A stretch of 64,000 bases of DNA from Acidimicrobiales bacterium (GCA_035540975.1 DATLFN010000152.1:1541-65540); one strand, 5' to 3'. Counted from the first letter of the stretch, positions 50,896 through 60,455 are shown. The notes: generated by a model from the letters alone, not told the origin. Made by a program: numbers and translations.

Positions 50896-51168
50896 ATGTG
50901 CTTCATGGAGTGGATCGTCCTCGTCCTCTTGACAGCGGCGGCATGTGGGGTCATGTGGAAGACCTTGTCTGCGCTCAGCGGACGCCATCCCCAACTTGTC
51001 TGGTTCGCTTCAATTGTGACAGCCCTGATCCTGTCGCTTGTGGCCGCGGGAGTGGCGAACGCGAGACCCGACTGGGCGTACTTCATCCCGGCCGTGCCCC
51101 TGTTCGCCATGGCCGCGGTGGCTACGATCAAGTCAGCCATCCAGGCCCGCAAGGAGCGGTCCCAGTAG
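50896..51168 (+). CDS. Small membrane protein (about 3 TM), element cargo
   Basis: MCFMEWIVLVLLTAAACGVMW...LVWFASIVTALILSLVAAGV...FIPAVPLFAMAAVATI. GC is locally lower. Confidence 0.55.
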   Translation: MCFMEWIVLVLLTAAACGVMWKTLSALSGRHPQLVWFASIVTALILSLVAAGVANARPDWAYFIPAVPLFAMAAVATIKSAIQARKERSQ

Positions 51169-51373
51169 CCCTGCTATGGCCAGGCCGCGGCTGCGTCCAT
51201 CGCAGAACCGACACGGTTCGCCCTCAGACTGTTTGGTCGCAAGGCTCGCTGGCCAGCGCGACTGAATAATCCGAGCGGCCGGCATGATGACGGCCCGGCA
51301 GCAGCCGGGCTCCGCCGGCACGCGCGGATCGGCACGTCGGTGGACCTTCCTCAGGCATTTAGCCGGCCCCGTC

Positions 51374-52003
51374 TCAGCCTCGGTTCAACTCGTCCTCCAG
51401 CTGACGAGCGCCGTCCTCGGGAGGAATCGGCGTGGCGCTCGGTACGGCACCCCAGTGCTTGCGGTCGTCGAAGTTTTCAGCATGCCTGTACTCGTGCTCC
51501 CGCTGCAGCCATTCGGGGGGTTCGGAGGGATCCCCCCACTCGATACGTCCGCTCTCGACGAGATGTCGCCACTTCTCGGGTATCGGGCCCGACCAGGGGC
51601 TACTCAGCACCGACGTGAGCCTTTCGCGTCGGTGTGTCGGCGACAGCTCAGCGAGCTGGCGGAGGAGGAGGGGGGAGATCGGCTCGGGGTCTTCGACGAA
51701 CATCGCGTCGACGTCGAAGTCCGCGCAGCAAGTGGCGTGCTCTTGACCGGCCTCGTAGGCGGCGAGCACCAAGTCACGCTGGTAGCACTCCGGCATGGCT
51801 TCGGCGTCGTTTCGCCACGGCTGCGCGCACGCCCTCGCCAGCGCCAAGCGGCGCCGCGTCGGTGTCAGCTCCGCGAGGCTCCGAGCGAAGCGCTCCGTGA
51901 CGTTCGGGCGTCCTCCGGGCGGCTCGCCGAAGATCCGGATGTTCGGGTTCTTCTTCAGTCGTTCGTGGTCGGCTTGAAGCCGTCGGATCCGCTCCTCGTC
52001 CAT
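51374..52003 (-). CDS. Hypothetical protein, element cargo
   Basis: MDEERIRRLQADHERLKKNPNIRIFGEPPGG... 209 aa from ATG 52003. Native-looking composition and codon pattern. No family recognised. Confidence 0.55.
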   Translation of the reverse strand: MDEERIRRLQADHERLKKNPNIRIFGEPPGGRPNVTERFARSLAELTPTRRRLALARACAQPWRNDAEAMPECYQRDLVLAAYEAGQEHATCCADFDVDAMFVEDPEPISPLLLRQLAELSPTHRRERLTSVLSSPWSGPIPEKWRHLVESGRIEWGDPSEPPEWLQREHEYRHAENFDDRKHWGAVPSATPIPPEDGARQLEDELNRG

Positions 52004-52376
52004 GTCGAGCGATGTTGTCAGACGCGTTCCTTCTCGACCACAGACTTCGCGGCGGTCGCTGGAGACAAGCGCAGCCGTTTGCCGGGTCGCGGCGCCCTCC
52101 GGCCAGGCGAACGGATTTTCGGGGCGGGGGCCGGTCTCCCCGCTCGCCGCTGTCGGGTCACCGTGCCGGCGCCACCGACCGGGCACCTCGGAGCGGGTCT
52201 GGTCAGGGAGAATGCGGCATGGAGTTGTTCTGGTCGGAGGCTGAGGTCGCTCTTCCGAGCGGGCAACGGTTCGCCGTGGACGTCCGGATTGGCCGGAAAC
52301 GGTTGGCGACGCACCACCGTGAACGAAGCTACAGGCGCGGGAGCCGAGTGCGGCTTAGGACTGAGACTGCGACCAT

Positions 52377-53747
52377 GTGCCCGTGAGCAAGAGGATCCTG
52401 CTCCGGGGCGGCTGGCTCGTCACGATGGTGCCGGGCTCGGAGCCGTTCCTCGGCGACCTGCTGATCGAGGACGAACGGATCGCGTCCCTGGGACAACTCG
52501 ACAACGTCTCCGACGCCGAGGTGGTTGACGCCCGCGGCCGCATCGTGCTCCCCGGCCTCGTGGACACCCATCGGCACATGTGGCAGTCGGCGCTGCGCAC
52601 GATCGCGTGCGACTGGACCCTCGGTCAGTACTTCGCCCGGATGCGGGGCCAGCTCGGTGGTGTCTTCCGTCCCGAGGACACCTTTGCAGGCACCCTGCTC
52701 GGCATGGTGGAGGCGCTCGACTCGGGCATCACCACGGTGGTCGACTGGTCCCACAACCTCAACGGTCCCGACCACGCCGACGCGGCGTGGGACGCCCTGC
52801 TGCAAGGTGGCGGTCGAGCCCTCTTCTCCTACGGCGCCAGCAACGACCAGGCGCTGCGCAAGGACGTGTCACCCCAGACCCGCGACGTTGCCCGCCTCCG
52901 GAGCGGCGTCGGCTCCGACGACCGGGCCCGGGTCACCTTGGGGATGGCCGTGCGCGGGCCCGAGTACTCCACCATCGAGAACTGTGTCGCCGATTGGGGC
53001 CTGGCCCGGGAGCTCGGGTTGCCCGTCACCGTCCATGTGGGTGGTGGGCTCCGCGGGGCACAGGGCGGGGTGGCCGAGCTCGGTGCCCGGGGCCTGCTCG
53101 GGCCCGACACGACGTACGTGCACTGCAACATGCTCAGCGACACCGAGCTGGACATGCTCGCGGACGCCGGCGGACGCGCTTCGGTGTCTCCGGAGGTGGA
53201 GGCGAATATGGGTCACGGTCCGGCGGCGACCGCCCGGCTGCGTTCCCGTGGCATCCCCACCGGCCTGTCGGCGGACGTCTGCACGAACGTCGGCGGCGAC
53301 CTCTTTGGGGCCATGCGGGTGGCGATCGCCCTGCAGCGCGGGGCCGACCACGCCGCGGCGCTCGCCCGGGGCGACACCCTCGCCGAGGTCTCCCTGACGG
53401 CGCGGGATGTGCTGGCCATGGCCACCGTCGACGGAGCCAGGGCCTGCGGTCTCGACGACCGCATCGGCACGCTCGAGGTGGGCAAGCAGGCCGACGTGCT
53501 GATGCTGCGGGCGGACATGTTGAACCTGGCACCGCTGAGCGACCCGGTCGGTGCGGTCGTGCACTCGGCGGGAACGCACAATGTGGAATCGGTGTACGTG
53601 GCGGGGCGACCGGTCAAGCGTCACGGGATGTTCGTGGACCTCGACGTCCGCTCGGTCAGCGCACGCGCCGACGCGTCGCACGACTACCTCATGGGCGCCG
53701 CCCGAGTGGCGGACCAGGACTGGTGCCCGCTAGCGCACCAGGCCTGA
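52377..53747 (+). CDS. Amidohydrolase-superfamily enzyme (deaminase/chlorohydrolase-like)
   Basis: ILLRGGWLVTM, VLPGLVDTHRHMWQS (HxH metal motif), VTVHVGG and YVHCN. Fits the COG0402-type pattern from memory. Confidence 0.8.
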   Translation: MPVSKRILLRGGWLVTMVPGSEPFLGDLLIEDERIASLGQLDNVSDAEVVDARGRIVLPGLVDTHRHMWQSALRTIACDWTLGQYFARMRGQLGGVFRPEDTFAGTLLGMVEALDSGITTVVDWSHNLNGPDHADAAWDALLQGGGRALFSYGASNDQALRKDVSPQTRDVARLRSGVGSDDRARVTLGMAVRGPEYSTIENCVADWGLARELGLPVTVHVGGGLRGAQGGVAELGARGLLGPDTTYVHCNMLSDTELDMLADAGGRASVSPEVEANMGHGPAATARLRSRGIPTGLSADVCTNVGGDLFGAMRVAIALQRGADHAAALARGDTLAEVSLTARDVLAMATVDGARACGLDDRIGTLEVGKQADVLMLRADMLNLAPLSDPVGAVVHSAGTHNVESVYVAGRPVKRHGMFVDLDVRSVSARADASHDYLMGAARVADQDWCPLAHQA

Positions 53748-54069
53748 AGCCGCGGACGGGTGGCACGATCCCGCGCTGCTCAGTCCCTCGTAGCCGGGGT
53801 GGCTGCGATGACGCGATTTGGTCGAGGACCGACTGGTCGGGCAGCGCTTCGCCGATCCGGGCCTTCGAGAACCGATCGACGGCTCCATCGAACTGTCGTC
53901 GTCCGTCACCGTCACCCGTACCGACTGCATGATCGCGCGGCGGTCCGCGGCGTCGGTCGCCGGTCGAACACCCTGCCATGTAACGCCGAGTAGGTCCGGG
54001 CCTCCGGCGCCGGAGCCGCACCGAACCGCGGAGCTGACGTGGTGGAGGCGTCTGCGAGCTCGACCCTGG

Positions 54070-54813
54070 TTGAATAGGCCCGAGGAGGTGGAGCCGACGA
54101 CCGACCGGACACGCTTCGAGGTGCCGCTGTACACGGTGGCCGAGGCGGCGCGCATCGTCGCCGTTCCACCCTCGACGCTGGCCGCGTGGGCCAAGGGGTA
54201 CAGCCGCCGGTTCGCCGACCGGGCCACCGTGACCGGCGACCCGGCCGTGACGTGCCTACCGACCGATCGCCGGGCGGACCCGTGCGTGCCCTTCGTCGGG
54301 CTCGCCGAGGCGCTCGTCCTCTCCGCCCTGCGGCGGAGCGAGGTGCCGCTCCAGCGGATCAGGCCCGCCCTTGCCCACCTGCAGCGGGAGATCGGCCTCA
54401 ACCACGCCCTGGCGTCGCGACGCCTCTACACGGACGGAGCCGAGCTGCTCTTCGACTACGGCGAGTCCCACGCTGACACGCCGGACGGCGCCGGTGTTCG
54501 AACGCTCGTCGTCGTTCGCAGCGGGCAACGGGTGTTCGCCGACGTCGTCCACGACTACCTGCGCCGAATCGAGTACGGCGCCGACGGCTACGCGTCGCTT
54601 ATCCACGTCCCGGCCTACGGCCACGCCCAGGTGGTCGCCGACCCGACCCGCTCGTTCGGCGCCCCCATCTTCGAGCGGGGCGGCGCCCGGGTGGACGACG
54701 TCCTCCAGCGGTTCTGGGCCGGGGACTCCCTGGACGCGCTCTCGGCCGAGTTCGGCGTCCCCGTCGACCAGCTCGAGGACGTGCTGCGTGTCGCATCCCG
54801 ACGCGCTGCCTGA
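54070..54813 (+). CDS. HTH + DUF433 protein (antitoxin-like/regulator); start uncertain
   Basis: PLYTVAEAARIVAVPPSTLAAWAKG (HTH) and C-terminal VVADPTRSFGAPIFERGGARVDDVLQRFWAGDSLDALSAEFGVPVDQLEDVLR (DUF433 pattern). TTG 54070 or GTG 54088. The ORF is open from 53818. Confidence 0.6.
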   Translation: MNRPEEVEPTTDRTRFEVPLYTVAEAARIVAVPPSTLAAWAKGYSRRFADRATVTGDPAVTCLPTDRRADPCVPFVGLAEALVLSALRRSEVPLQRIRPALAHLQREIGLNHALASRRLYTDGAELLFDYGESHADTPDGAGVRTLVVVRSGQRVFADVVHDYLRRIEYGADGYASLIHVPAYGHAQVVADPTRSFGAPIFERGGARVDDVLQRFWAGDSLDALSAEFGVPVDQLEDVLRVASRRAA

Positions 54814-55203
54814 CCTCTTCCTCGACCGCAGCCTCGGCCGCATCATCGTCCCGTCACTGTTGCGGGCGGCCGGGCTCCGGCTGACGACCCTGGCCGAGCA
54901 CTACGGCGTCCCCGCCGACGAGAAGGTGCCTGACGAGGACTGGCTGGACCTGGCGGGCGCTCGCGGGTGGGTGGTGTTCATGAAGGACGCGCGGGGTCCG
55001 GTACAACCTCGCCGAGCGCGAGGCGGTAAGGCGCACCGGACCCGCTGCTTCTGCCTCTCCAACCAGAACCTGACGGCTAGGCCATGGCGGCTCGGTTCCT
55101 CGACAACCTCGACGCCATCGCCGCTGCCTGCGCCGGTGAGGGCCCGTTTATCTACGCCGTGCACCAGCGCCGCATCGAGCGCCTCACGATCGGCGGCCAG
55201 TAA
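54788..55203 (+). pseudogene. COG4634/DUF5615-like PIN-type toxin gene with three 1-nt indels
   Basis: The sensible protein ...DLFLDRSLGRIIVPSLLRAAGLRLTTLAEHYG...GWVVFMKDAR | VRYNLAEREAVRRTG | TRCFCLSNQNLTA | AMAARFLDNLDAIAAACAGEGPFIYAVHQRRIERLTIGGQ* appears only by switching frame. The switches are at about 54993-54996, 55036-55043 and 55076-55080. Confidence 0.6.
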
Positions 55204-55220
55204 GGCCCAGAACTTTTTTC

Positions 55221-55240
55221 AGATTCCTCGCGAGATTTCG
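55221..55240. promoter_or_regulatory. Imperfect palindrome upstream of the relaxase (candidate oriT/operator)
   Basis: AGATTCCTCGCGAGATTTCG. Its first 14 nt recur exactly at 58123-58136. Confidence 0.4.
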
Positions 55241-55316
55241 GGCCTCCCCCGGCATAGCTCCACATCGAACCCGAGAACCAACAGACGAGTGCATTGGCCC
55301 GCGGGGGTCGCCGGCG

Positions 55317-58121
55317 GTGATGCGGGTGACCACCATCAAGGCCGGCGCCCACGGCGTGGAGGCCATGGTCGCTTACTACGCCGGTCTGGCCGCCGACCAG
55401 GCCTCCCGAGACGGCGCCTGCCGGGGCCCGGTCGACTACTACCTGGCCGCCGACGAGCCGCCCGGGCGGTGGTGGGGCGAGGGGACCGCCGCCCTCGGCC
55501 TCGGCGCCGAGGTGGCCCCCGAGGAGCTGGAGGCGCTGCTCACTGCCCGCCACCCGGGGAGCGGCGGGCGCCTGGGCCGAGGCTTCGGCGCCGACTCGGC
55601 CCGGGCCTTCGACGCCTGCTTCTCGGCGCCAAAGTCGGTGTCGGTGCTGTGGGGACTGGCCGAGGACCCCTTCGTTCGTGCCGAGGCGGCCGCCGCCCAC
55701 GACGCCGCCGTGGAGGCCGCCCTGTCCTTCTTCGCCCGACACGGCTCGGTGACCCGGCGGGGCACCGACGGCGTGGACCAGGTGGACACCCGGGGCCTGT
55801 CGGTGGCCCTGTTCCGCCAGCACACCAGCCGCTCCTCCGATCCCCAGCTGCACACCCACGCCATCGTGGTGGCCAAGGTCCAGGACGACAGCGGCAAGTG
55901 GCTGTCCCTCGACGCCCGGTTCCTCAAGCGCCAGCAGTGCAGCATCGGCTGGGTCTACGCCGGCGCCCTGCGCTCGGAGCTGACCGCCCGCCTGGGCGTG
56001 GGTTGGGGAGCGGTCAGCAACGGCCACGCCGACATCGAGGGCGTCCCCGCCGAGGCCCTCCGGGTGTTCTCGGCCCGGGCCGCCCAGGTGAAGCAGCGCC
56101 TGGGCGAGCTGGTGGCCCGGTGGGTGGAGGACCACGACGGAGCCGAGCCCGACCCCCGCACCCTGTACCGCCTGGAGCGGTGGGCGGCGGTGGACAGCCG
56201 CCCGGCCAAGCACGCCGTGGGCGACCCCGAGGCCCTTCGGGCCGATTGGCGGGCCCAGGCCGCCACCGCCGGCGTGGCGGCGCTCGACGTGGTCGCCGCC
56301 GCACCAGGATTGCCGGGCCTGGACGGCATCGACCGGCCCGGCATCATCGCCGAGGCCCTGGCCCGGGTGGCAGCCGAGTCCTCCACCTGGCTGCACGCCG
56401 ACCTGAGCCGCCACATCGCCACCCTCCTCCCCGCTGGCGCCGCCGCCAGCGGGGCCGGCGCGGTGGCGCTGGTCGAGGAGCTCACCGCGCTGGCTGCCGG
56501 ACAGTGCGTCGAGCTGCAGCCCGAGGCGCCGGCCGGCGTGCCCCGCCGCCGGGACGGGCGGCCGGTGAGCGAGGCGGTGACCGAGCGCCACCTCACCACC
56601 ACCGCCGTGCTCGACCAGGAGACTTGCCTGCTGGGCTGGGCGGCAGGCGCCGCCACCGGCCCCGGTCCGCTCCCCGACGGCGACGACGCCCAGGCGGCGG
56701 TGGCCGAGGCAGTGGCCGGCGCCGGGCGCCTGGTGCTGGTGGTGGGCCCGGCCGGCACCGGCAAGACCACCGCCCTCGGCACCGCCGCCCGTTCCCTGGC
56801 CGCCCAGGGCCGGCCGGTGGTGGGCCTCGCCCCCTCCGGCAAGGCGGCCGACGTGCTCGGTGCCGAGACGGGCTGGCCGGCCACCACCCTGGCCAAGCTG
56901 CTCACCGACGCCGGCCGGCCGGGCTACCGGCCCCCGCCCGGCACCACGGTGGTGCTGGACGAGAGCGGCATGGCCGCCACCGACGACCTCGACGTTCTGG
57001 TGGGCCTGGTCGGCCGCCACGGCTGGCGGCTGGTGTGCGTGGGCGACCCGGCCCAGCTGCCGGCGGTGGGCCGGGGCGGGATGTTCGAGCTGTGGTGCGA
57101 GCGGGTGGGCGCCCACACCCTCGAGGAGGTGCGCCGCTTCGACGAGCCCTGGCAGGCCGAGGCCAGCCTGGCCCTGCGCCGGGGGGAGCGGTCGGCGGCC
57201 GCCGCCTACGCCGCCCACGGCCGCCTCGACGCCGTCCACCCGGCCCTCCTGCCCGAGCGTTTGGCCCGGGTCCACCTGCTCCGCTCCCAGGCCGGTCGCA
57301 GCCTGGCCATCACCACCGCCTCGGCCGGCATGGCCCGGGACATCAACCTGGCCATCCAGCGCAGACACAACTCCGGCCGGGCCGGGCCGTCGGTGGCCCT
57401 GGCCGACGGCAGCGCCGCCTTCGCCGGCGATGTGGTGGCCACCCGGCGCAACGACCCCACCCGCACCGACACCGGCCAGGCGGTGCGCAACCGCCACACC
57501 TGGGAGGTGGAGGCGGTCGGCGCCGACGGCTCGCTGGTGGTGTCGCATCCAACCCGGGGCCGGGCCCGGCTGCCGGCCACCTACGTGTCCAGGCACGTGG
57601 AGCTGGGCTGGGCGGTGACCGGCTACGGCACCCAGGGCGACACCACCGACGACGGCATCTGCGTGCTGGAGCCCTCCAGCACCCGCTCGGGGGTCTACGT
57701 AGGCATGACTAGGGGGCGGGGCCAGAACCTCGGCCTGGTCGTCGACCCCACCGGGATGGCAGACCCCGAGGAGGCCTTCGCCGCCGTCATCGCCCGGCCG
57801 GCCAACGCCCGCACCGCCCTGGCCGTGCGGGACCGCCTGGCCGACGACCGGGCGGTCACCCCGCCGGCGACGGGCCTGCCGGCGCCCGCGATGACGACCT
57901 CGGTACCGGGCGCGGGGTCTCAAACCGCCGGCCCGGTCGAACCGTGCCCGCCCGGGCCGGACGCCGCCGGTGCCCCGGCGCCGGCTGCCGCGACCGTTCC
58001 CGGCGCCCCGCCGCCCGCGCCGGCTGAATCGCAGGACGACGACGACTTGGTCGCCCGCATGCGCCGGCGGCTCGGCCAGGTGGAGAGGCAGCGGCCGCTG
58101 CACCGGGCTCGAAGGCGCTGA
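55317..58121 (+). CDS. MobF/TrwC-family relaxase with C-terminal RecD/TraA-like helicase
   Basis: N-terminal AMVAYYAG (Tyr pair) and HTSRSSDPQLHTHAIV (3-His motif). Helicase Walker A VVGPAGTGKTT, VVLDESGM and YGTQGDT. Pro/Ala-rich tail. ATG 55320 is an alternative start. Confidence 0.88.
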   Translation: MMRVTTIKAGAHGVEAMVAYYAGLAADQASRDGACRGPVDYYLAADEPPGRWWGEGTAALGLGAEVAPEELEALLTARHPGSGGRLGRGFGADSARAFDACFSAPKSVSVLWGLAEDPFVRAEAAAAHDAAVEAALSFFARHGSVTRRGTDGVDQVDTRGLSVALFRQHTSRSSDPQLHTHAIVVAKVQDDSGKWLSLDARFLKRQQCSIGWVYAGALRSELTARLGVGWGAVSNGHADIEGVPAEALRVFSARAAQVKQRLGELVARWVEDHDGAEPDPRTLYRLERWAAVDSRPAKHAVGDPEALRADWRAQAATAGVAALDVVAAAPGLPGLDGIDRPGIIAEALARVAAESSTWLHADLSRHIATLLPAGAAASGAGAVALVEELTALAAGQCVELQPEAPAGVPRRRDGRPVSEAVTERHLTTTAVLDQETCLLGWAAGAATGPGPLPDGDDAQAAVAEAVAGAGRLVLVVGPAGTGKTTALGTAARSLAAQGRPVVGLAPSGKAADVLGAETGWPATTLAKLLTDAGRPGYRPPPGTTVVLDESGMAATDDLDVLVGLVGRHGWRLVCVGDPAQLPAVGRGGMFELWCERVGAHTLEEVRRFDEPWQAEASLALRRGERSAAAAYAAHGRLDAVHPALLPERLARVHLLRSQAGRSLAITTASAGMARDINLAIQRRHNSGRAGPSVALADGSAAFAGDVVATRRNDPTRTDTGQAVRNRHTWEVEAVGADGSLVVSHPTRGRARLPATYVSRHVELGWAVTGYGTQGDTTDDGICVLEPSSTRSGVYVGMTRGRGQNLGLVVDPTGMADPEEAFAAVIARPANARTALAVRDRLADDRAVTPPATGLPAPAMTTSVPGAGSQTAGPVEPCPPGPDAAGAPAPAAATVPGAPPPAPAESQDDDDLVARMRRRLGQVERQRPLHRARRR

Positions 58122-58122
58122 A

Positions 58123-58141
58123 GATTCCTCGCGAGGAATCG
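58123..58141. promoter_or_regulatory. Perfect 18-bp palindrome immediately after the relaxase stop
   Basis: aGATTCCTCGCGAGGAATC. Shares AGATTCCTCGCGAG with 55221-55234. No U-tract. Confidence 0.4.
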
Positions 58142-58189
58142 CTCCCTCAGCGGCATACCTGGGGTGACCATCGACGTCCAGGAGGAGCC

Positions 58190-58396
58190 GTGCCCAACGC
58201 AACCCCCGACCGCCTGCCCCTGATCGACCTGCCCGCCGTCGCCGCCCGCCTGGGCGTGACGGATCGCTTCGTGCGCCGCCTCGTGGCCGAGGATCGCATC
58301 ACCTTCTACAAGGTCGGTCGCCTGCTCCGCTTCGACCCGGCCGAGGTGGAGGCATGGCTCGACCGCGCCCGCCGGGGCCACCGCCGGTCCGCGTAA
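58190..58396 (+). CDS. xis: Excisionase-type HTH DNA-binding protein
   Basis: LIDLPAVAARLGVTDRFVRRLVAEDRITFYKVGRLLRFDPAEVEAWL fits the HTH_17/excisionase pattern. Directly upstream of int. Confidence 0.8.
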   Translation: MPNATPDRLPLIDLPAVAARLGVTDRFVRRLVAEDRITFYKVGRLLRFDPAEVEAWLDRARRGHRRSA

Positions 58397-58462
58397 CCTC
58401 GTCGCAGGCGTCGCCGGCCCGCCAAAGGCCGAGCCCTTCGGTTCGACGAGAAGGGATCCGGC

Positions 58463-59599
58463 ATGTCCCGGCGACGCCAGTTCGGAAACGTCCGCAGGCT
58501 GTCCTCGGGCCGCTGGCAGGCCCGCTACGAGGTGGAGGGCGGGCGCAGCATCGCCGCCCCGACCTCGTTCGCGACCAAGGCGGACGCCGCCCGCTGGCTG
58601 GCCGGCGTGGAGACGGACCAGGCCAAGGGCGCCTGGGTCGACCCGCTCGCCGGCCGGGTGGCTCTCGACGCCTACGCCTGGGCCTGGCTACGCGGCCACG
58701 CCCGGCTGGCCAAGCGGACCAGGGAGATCTACGAGGCCCAACTGCGCCTCCACATCCTCCCGGTGATCGACCCGGGCGTGCCCGCCCTCGGCACCGTCGA
58801 CCTGACCGATCTCACGCCTGAACTGGTGCGCCAGTGGTACGCCGCCCTGGTCGAGCACCACAGCCCGTCGGTGGCAGCCAAGGCCTACGTCCGGCTGCGC
58901 CAGGTGCTCACCGTCGCCGTGAACGACGACCGGATTGCCAAGAACCCCTGCCGGATCGAGCGGGGAGGCGTGGAGCACCACCCGGAACAGCGTTTCGCCA
59001 CCATGGCCGAGCTGGCAGCTCTGGCCGATGCCGTGCCCGACCCCTACCGGGCCCTCGTCCTGGCCGCCGGCCTCGGCGGGCTCCGCCAGGGCGAGCTGTT
59101 CGCCTTGCGTTGGGACGACGTCGACCTCGGCGGCGCGACCATCGCCGTGCGGTGCAAGCGCCTGCGCCTCGCCTCCGGGGAGGTGATCGAGGACGATCCC
59201 AAGAGCCGGGCCGGGCGCCGCACCATCGCCCTTCCCACCGTGCTGGTGGCCGAGCTCGCGCGCCACCGCGCCCGGTACGGCGGAGGGGCCGACTGCTACG
59301 TGTTCACCTCGGAGGAGGACACGCCGCTGGAGCGCAGCAACTTCAGGCAGCGGGTCTGGCTCCCGGCAGCGCGGGTCGCCGGCCTGGAGGGAATGAGGTT
59401 TCACGATCTTCGCCACTCGGCCGGGACGCTGGCGGCGCGTACCGGGGCCACGACCAAGGAACTGATGGCCCGTCTCGGCCACGCCAGCCCCCGGGCGGCG
59501 ATGATCTACCAGCACGCTGCCGACGACCGCGACCGGCGCATCGCCGAAGGACTCGACGCCATGGCCGAGGAGGCCGGCCTGCGCCCACCGTCCCCGTAA
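58463..59599 (+). CDS. int: Tyrosine recombinase / phage-type integrase
   Basis: SSGRWQARY N-terminal SAM-like arm, GLRQGELFALRWDDVDL (Arg), RFHDLRHS (HxxR) and AMIYQHA (catalytic Tyr). Confidence 0.92.
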   Translation: MSRRRQFGNVRRLSSGRWQARYEVEGGRSIAAPTSFATKADAARWLAGVETDQAKGAWVDPLAGRVALDAYAWAWLRGHARLAKRTREIYEAQLRLHILPVIDPGVPALGTVDLTDLTPELVRQWYAALVEHHSPSVAAKAYVRLRQVLTVAVNDDRIAKNPCRIERGGVEHHPEQRFATMAELAALADAVPDPYRALVLAAGLGGLRQGELFALRWDDVDLGGATIAVRCKRLRLASGEVIEDDPKSRAGRRTIALPTVLVAELARHRARYGGGADCYVFTSEEDTPLERSNFRQRVWLPAARVAGLEGMRFHDLRHSAGTLAARTGATTKELMARLGHASPRAAMIYQHAADDRDRRIAEGLDAMAEEAGLRPPSP

Positions 59600-59632
59600 T
59601 GTCGAGACGGGCGATGGGTACGCTTCCTTTCT

Positions 59633-59866
59633 ATGTCGCGGCTCGACCGGATCACGTCGGACCCCTCGATCTGCCACGGCAAGCCGACCGTCCGGGGCCT
59701 GCGCTACCCGGTCGAGAACCTCCTCGAGCTGCTGGCCTCCGGAATGACGATCGAGGACGTGATCGCCGACCACCCGGACCTCGAGCGTGACGACCTGCTC
59801 GCCGCTCTCGAGTTCGGCGCCCTTGCGACCGGGATGCGGCGAGTGGTGCCACTCGGCGCTGCGTGA
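59633..59866 (+). CDS. DUF433 antitoxin-like protein
   Basis: ITSDPSICHGKPTVRGLRYPVENLLELLASGMTIEDVIADHPDLERDDLLAAL. Confidence 0.75.
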   Translation: MSRLDRITSDPSICHGKPTVRGLRYPVENLLELLASGMTIEDVIADHPDLERDDLLAALEFGALATGMRRVVPLGAA

Positions 59867-60222
59867 AGTTCCTCGTCGACGCCCAGCTTCCGGTTCGACT
59901 GGCCCGCCGCCTGGCGACCGCCGGCCACGACGCCGTCCACACCTCCGAGCTGCCCGAAGCCAACAGGACGACCGACGGCGAGATCGCCCGCCTGGCCGAC
60001 GCCGAGGACCGGGTGGTGGTCACCAAGGACCGGGACTTCCGTGACGGCCACCTCCTGCGTGGCACGCCCGGGCGCCTGCTCGTGGTCGCCACCGGGAACA
60101 TCACCAACGACGACCTCCTCGCCCTGTTCGACCGCCACCTCGATGCCGTCGTCGAAGCACTCGAAGAGGCCCGCTTCGTCGAACTGGCCCACGATCGCCT
60201 GATCGTCCACGGCGACCGCTGA
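59863..60222 (+). CDS. DUF5615/COG4634 PIN-like toxin candidate (intact)
   Basis: MKFLVDAQLPVRLARRLATAGHDAVH...VVVTKDRDF. 4-nt overlap with the DUF433 gene. Confidence 0.7.
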   Translation: MKFLVDAQLPVRLARRLATAGHDAVHTSELPEANRTTDGEIARLADAEDRVVVTKDRDFRDGHLLRGTPGRLLVVATGNITNDDLLALFDRHLDAVVEALEEARFVELAHDRLIVHGDR

Positions 60223-60398
60223 CCGCCGCCGCCGGGCGGGACGGCGACCTCCAGATGGGCCGGCTACGTGCCAGGACCGCCCCTCGTGCCCGCGGCGGCC
60301 CGGCACGTCTGGCTCGGAATCCGGCCCGCGCCGCCACCGACGGGATCGGGTGAGAAGCCCATGAGTGGCCGCCAGAGCCCGAGATGCGCCGGGAAGAT

Positions 60399-60426
60399 CT
60401 GGCACGCTCTGGCACGGATCTGGCAC
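60399..60426. repeat. Three direct CTGGCAC(G) motifs in the tRNA-proximal arm of the element
   Basis: CTGGCAC at 60399-60405, 60409-60415 and 60420-60426, 30-57 nt from the att repeat. Confidence 0.6.
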
Positions 60427-60455
60427 GCCGGGGCTATCGGTCGGTCCGCCGGTGA

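Noticed and set aside
53689-54021. Minus-strand ORF containing a protein-like stretch (QFDGAVDRFSKARIGEALPDQSVLDQIAS) in the gap between the amidohydrolase and the HTH-DUF433 gene
   Set aside because: Only about 30 residues look native, and the flanking residues are Arg/Pro/Gly filler. It is possibly a fragment of a lost regulator, but it is too short to call.
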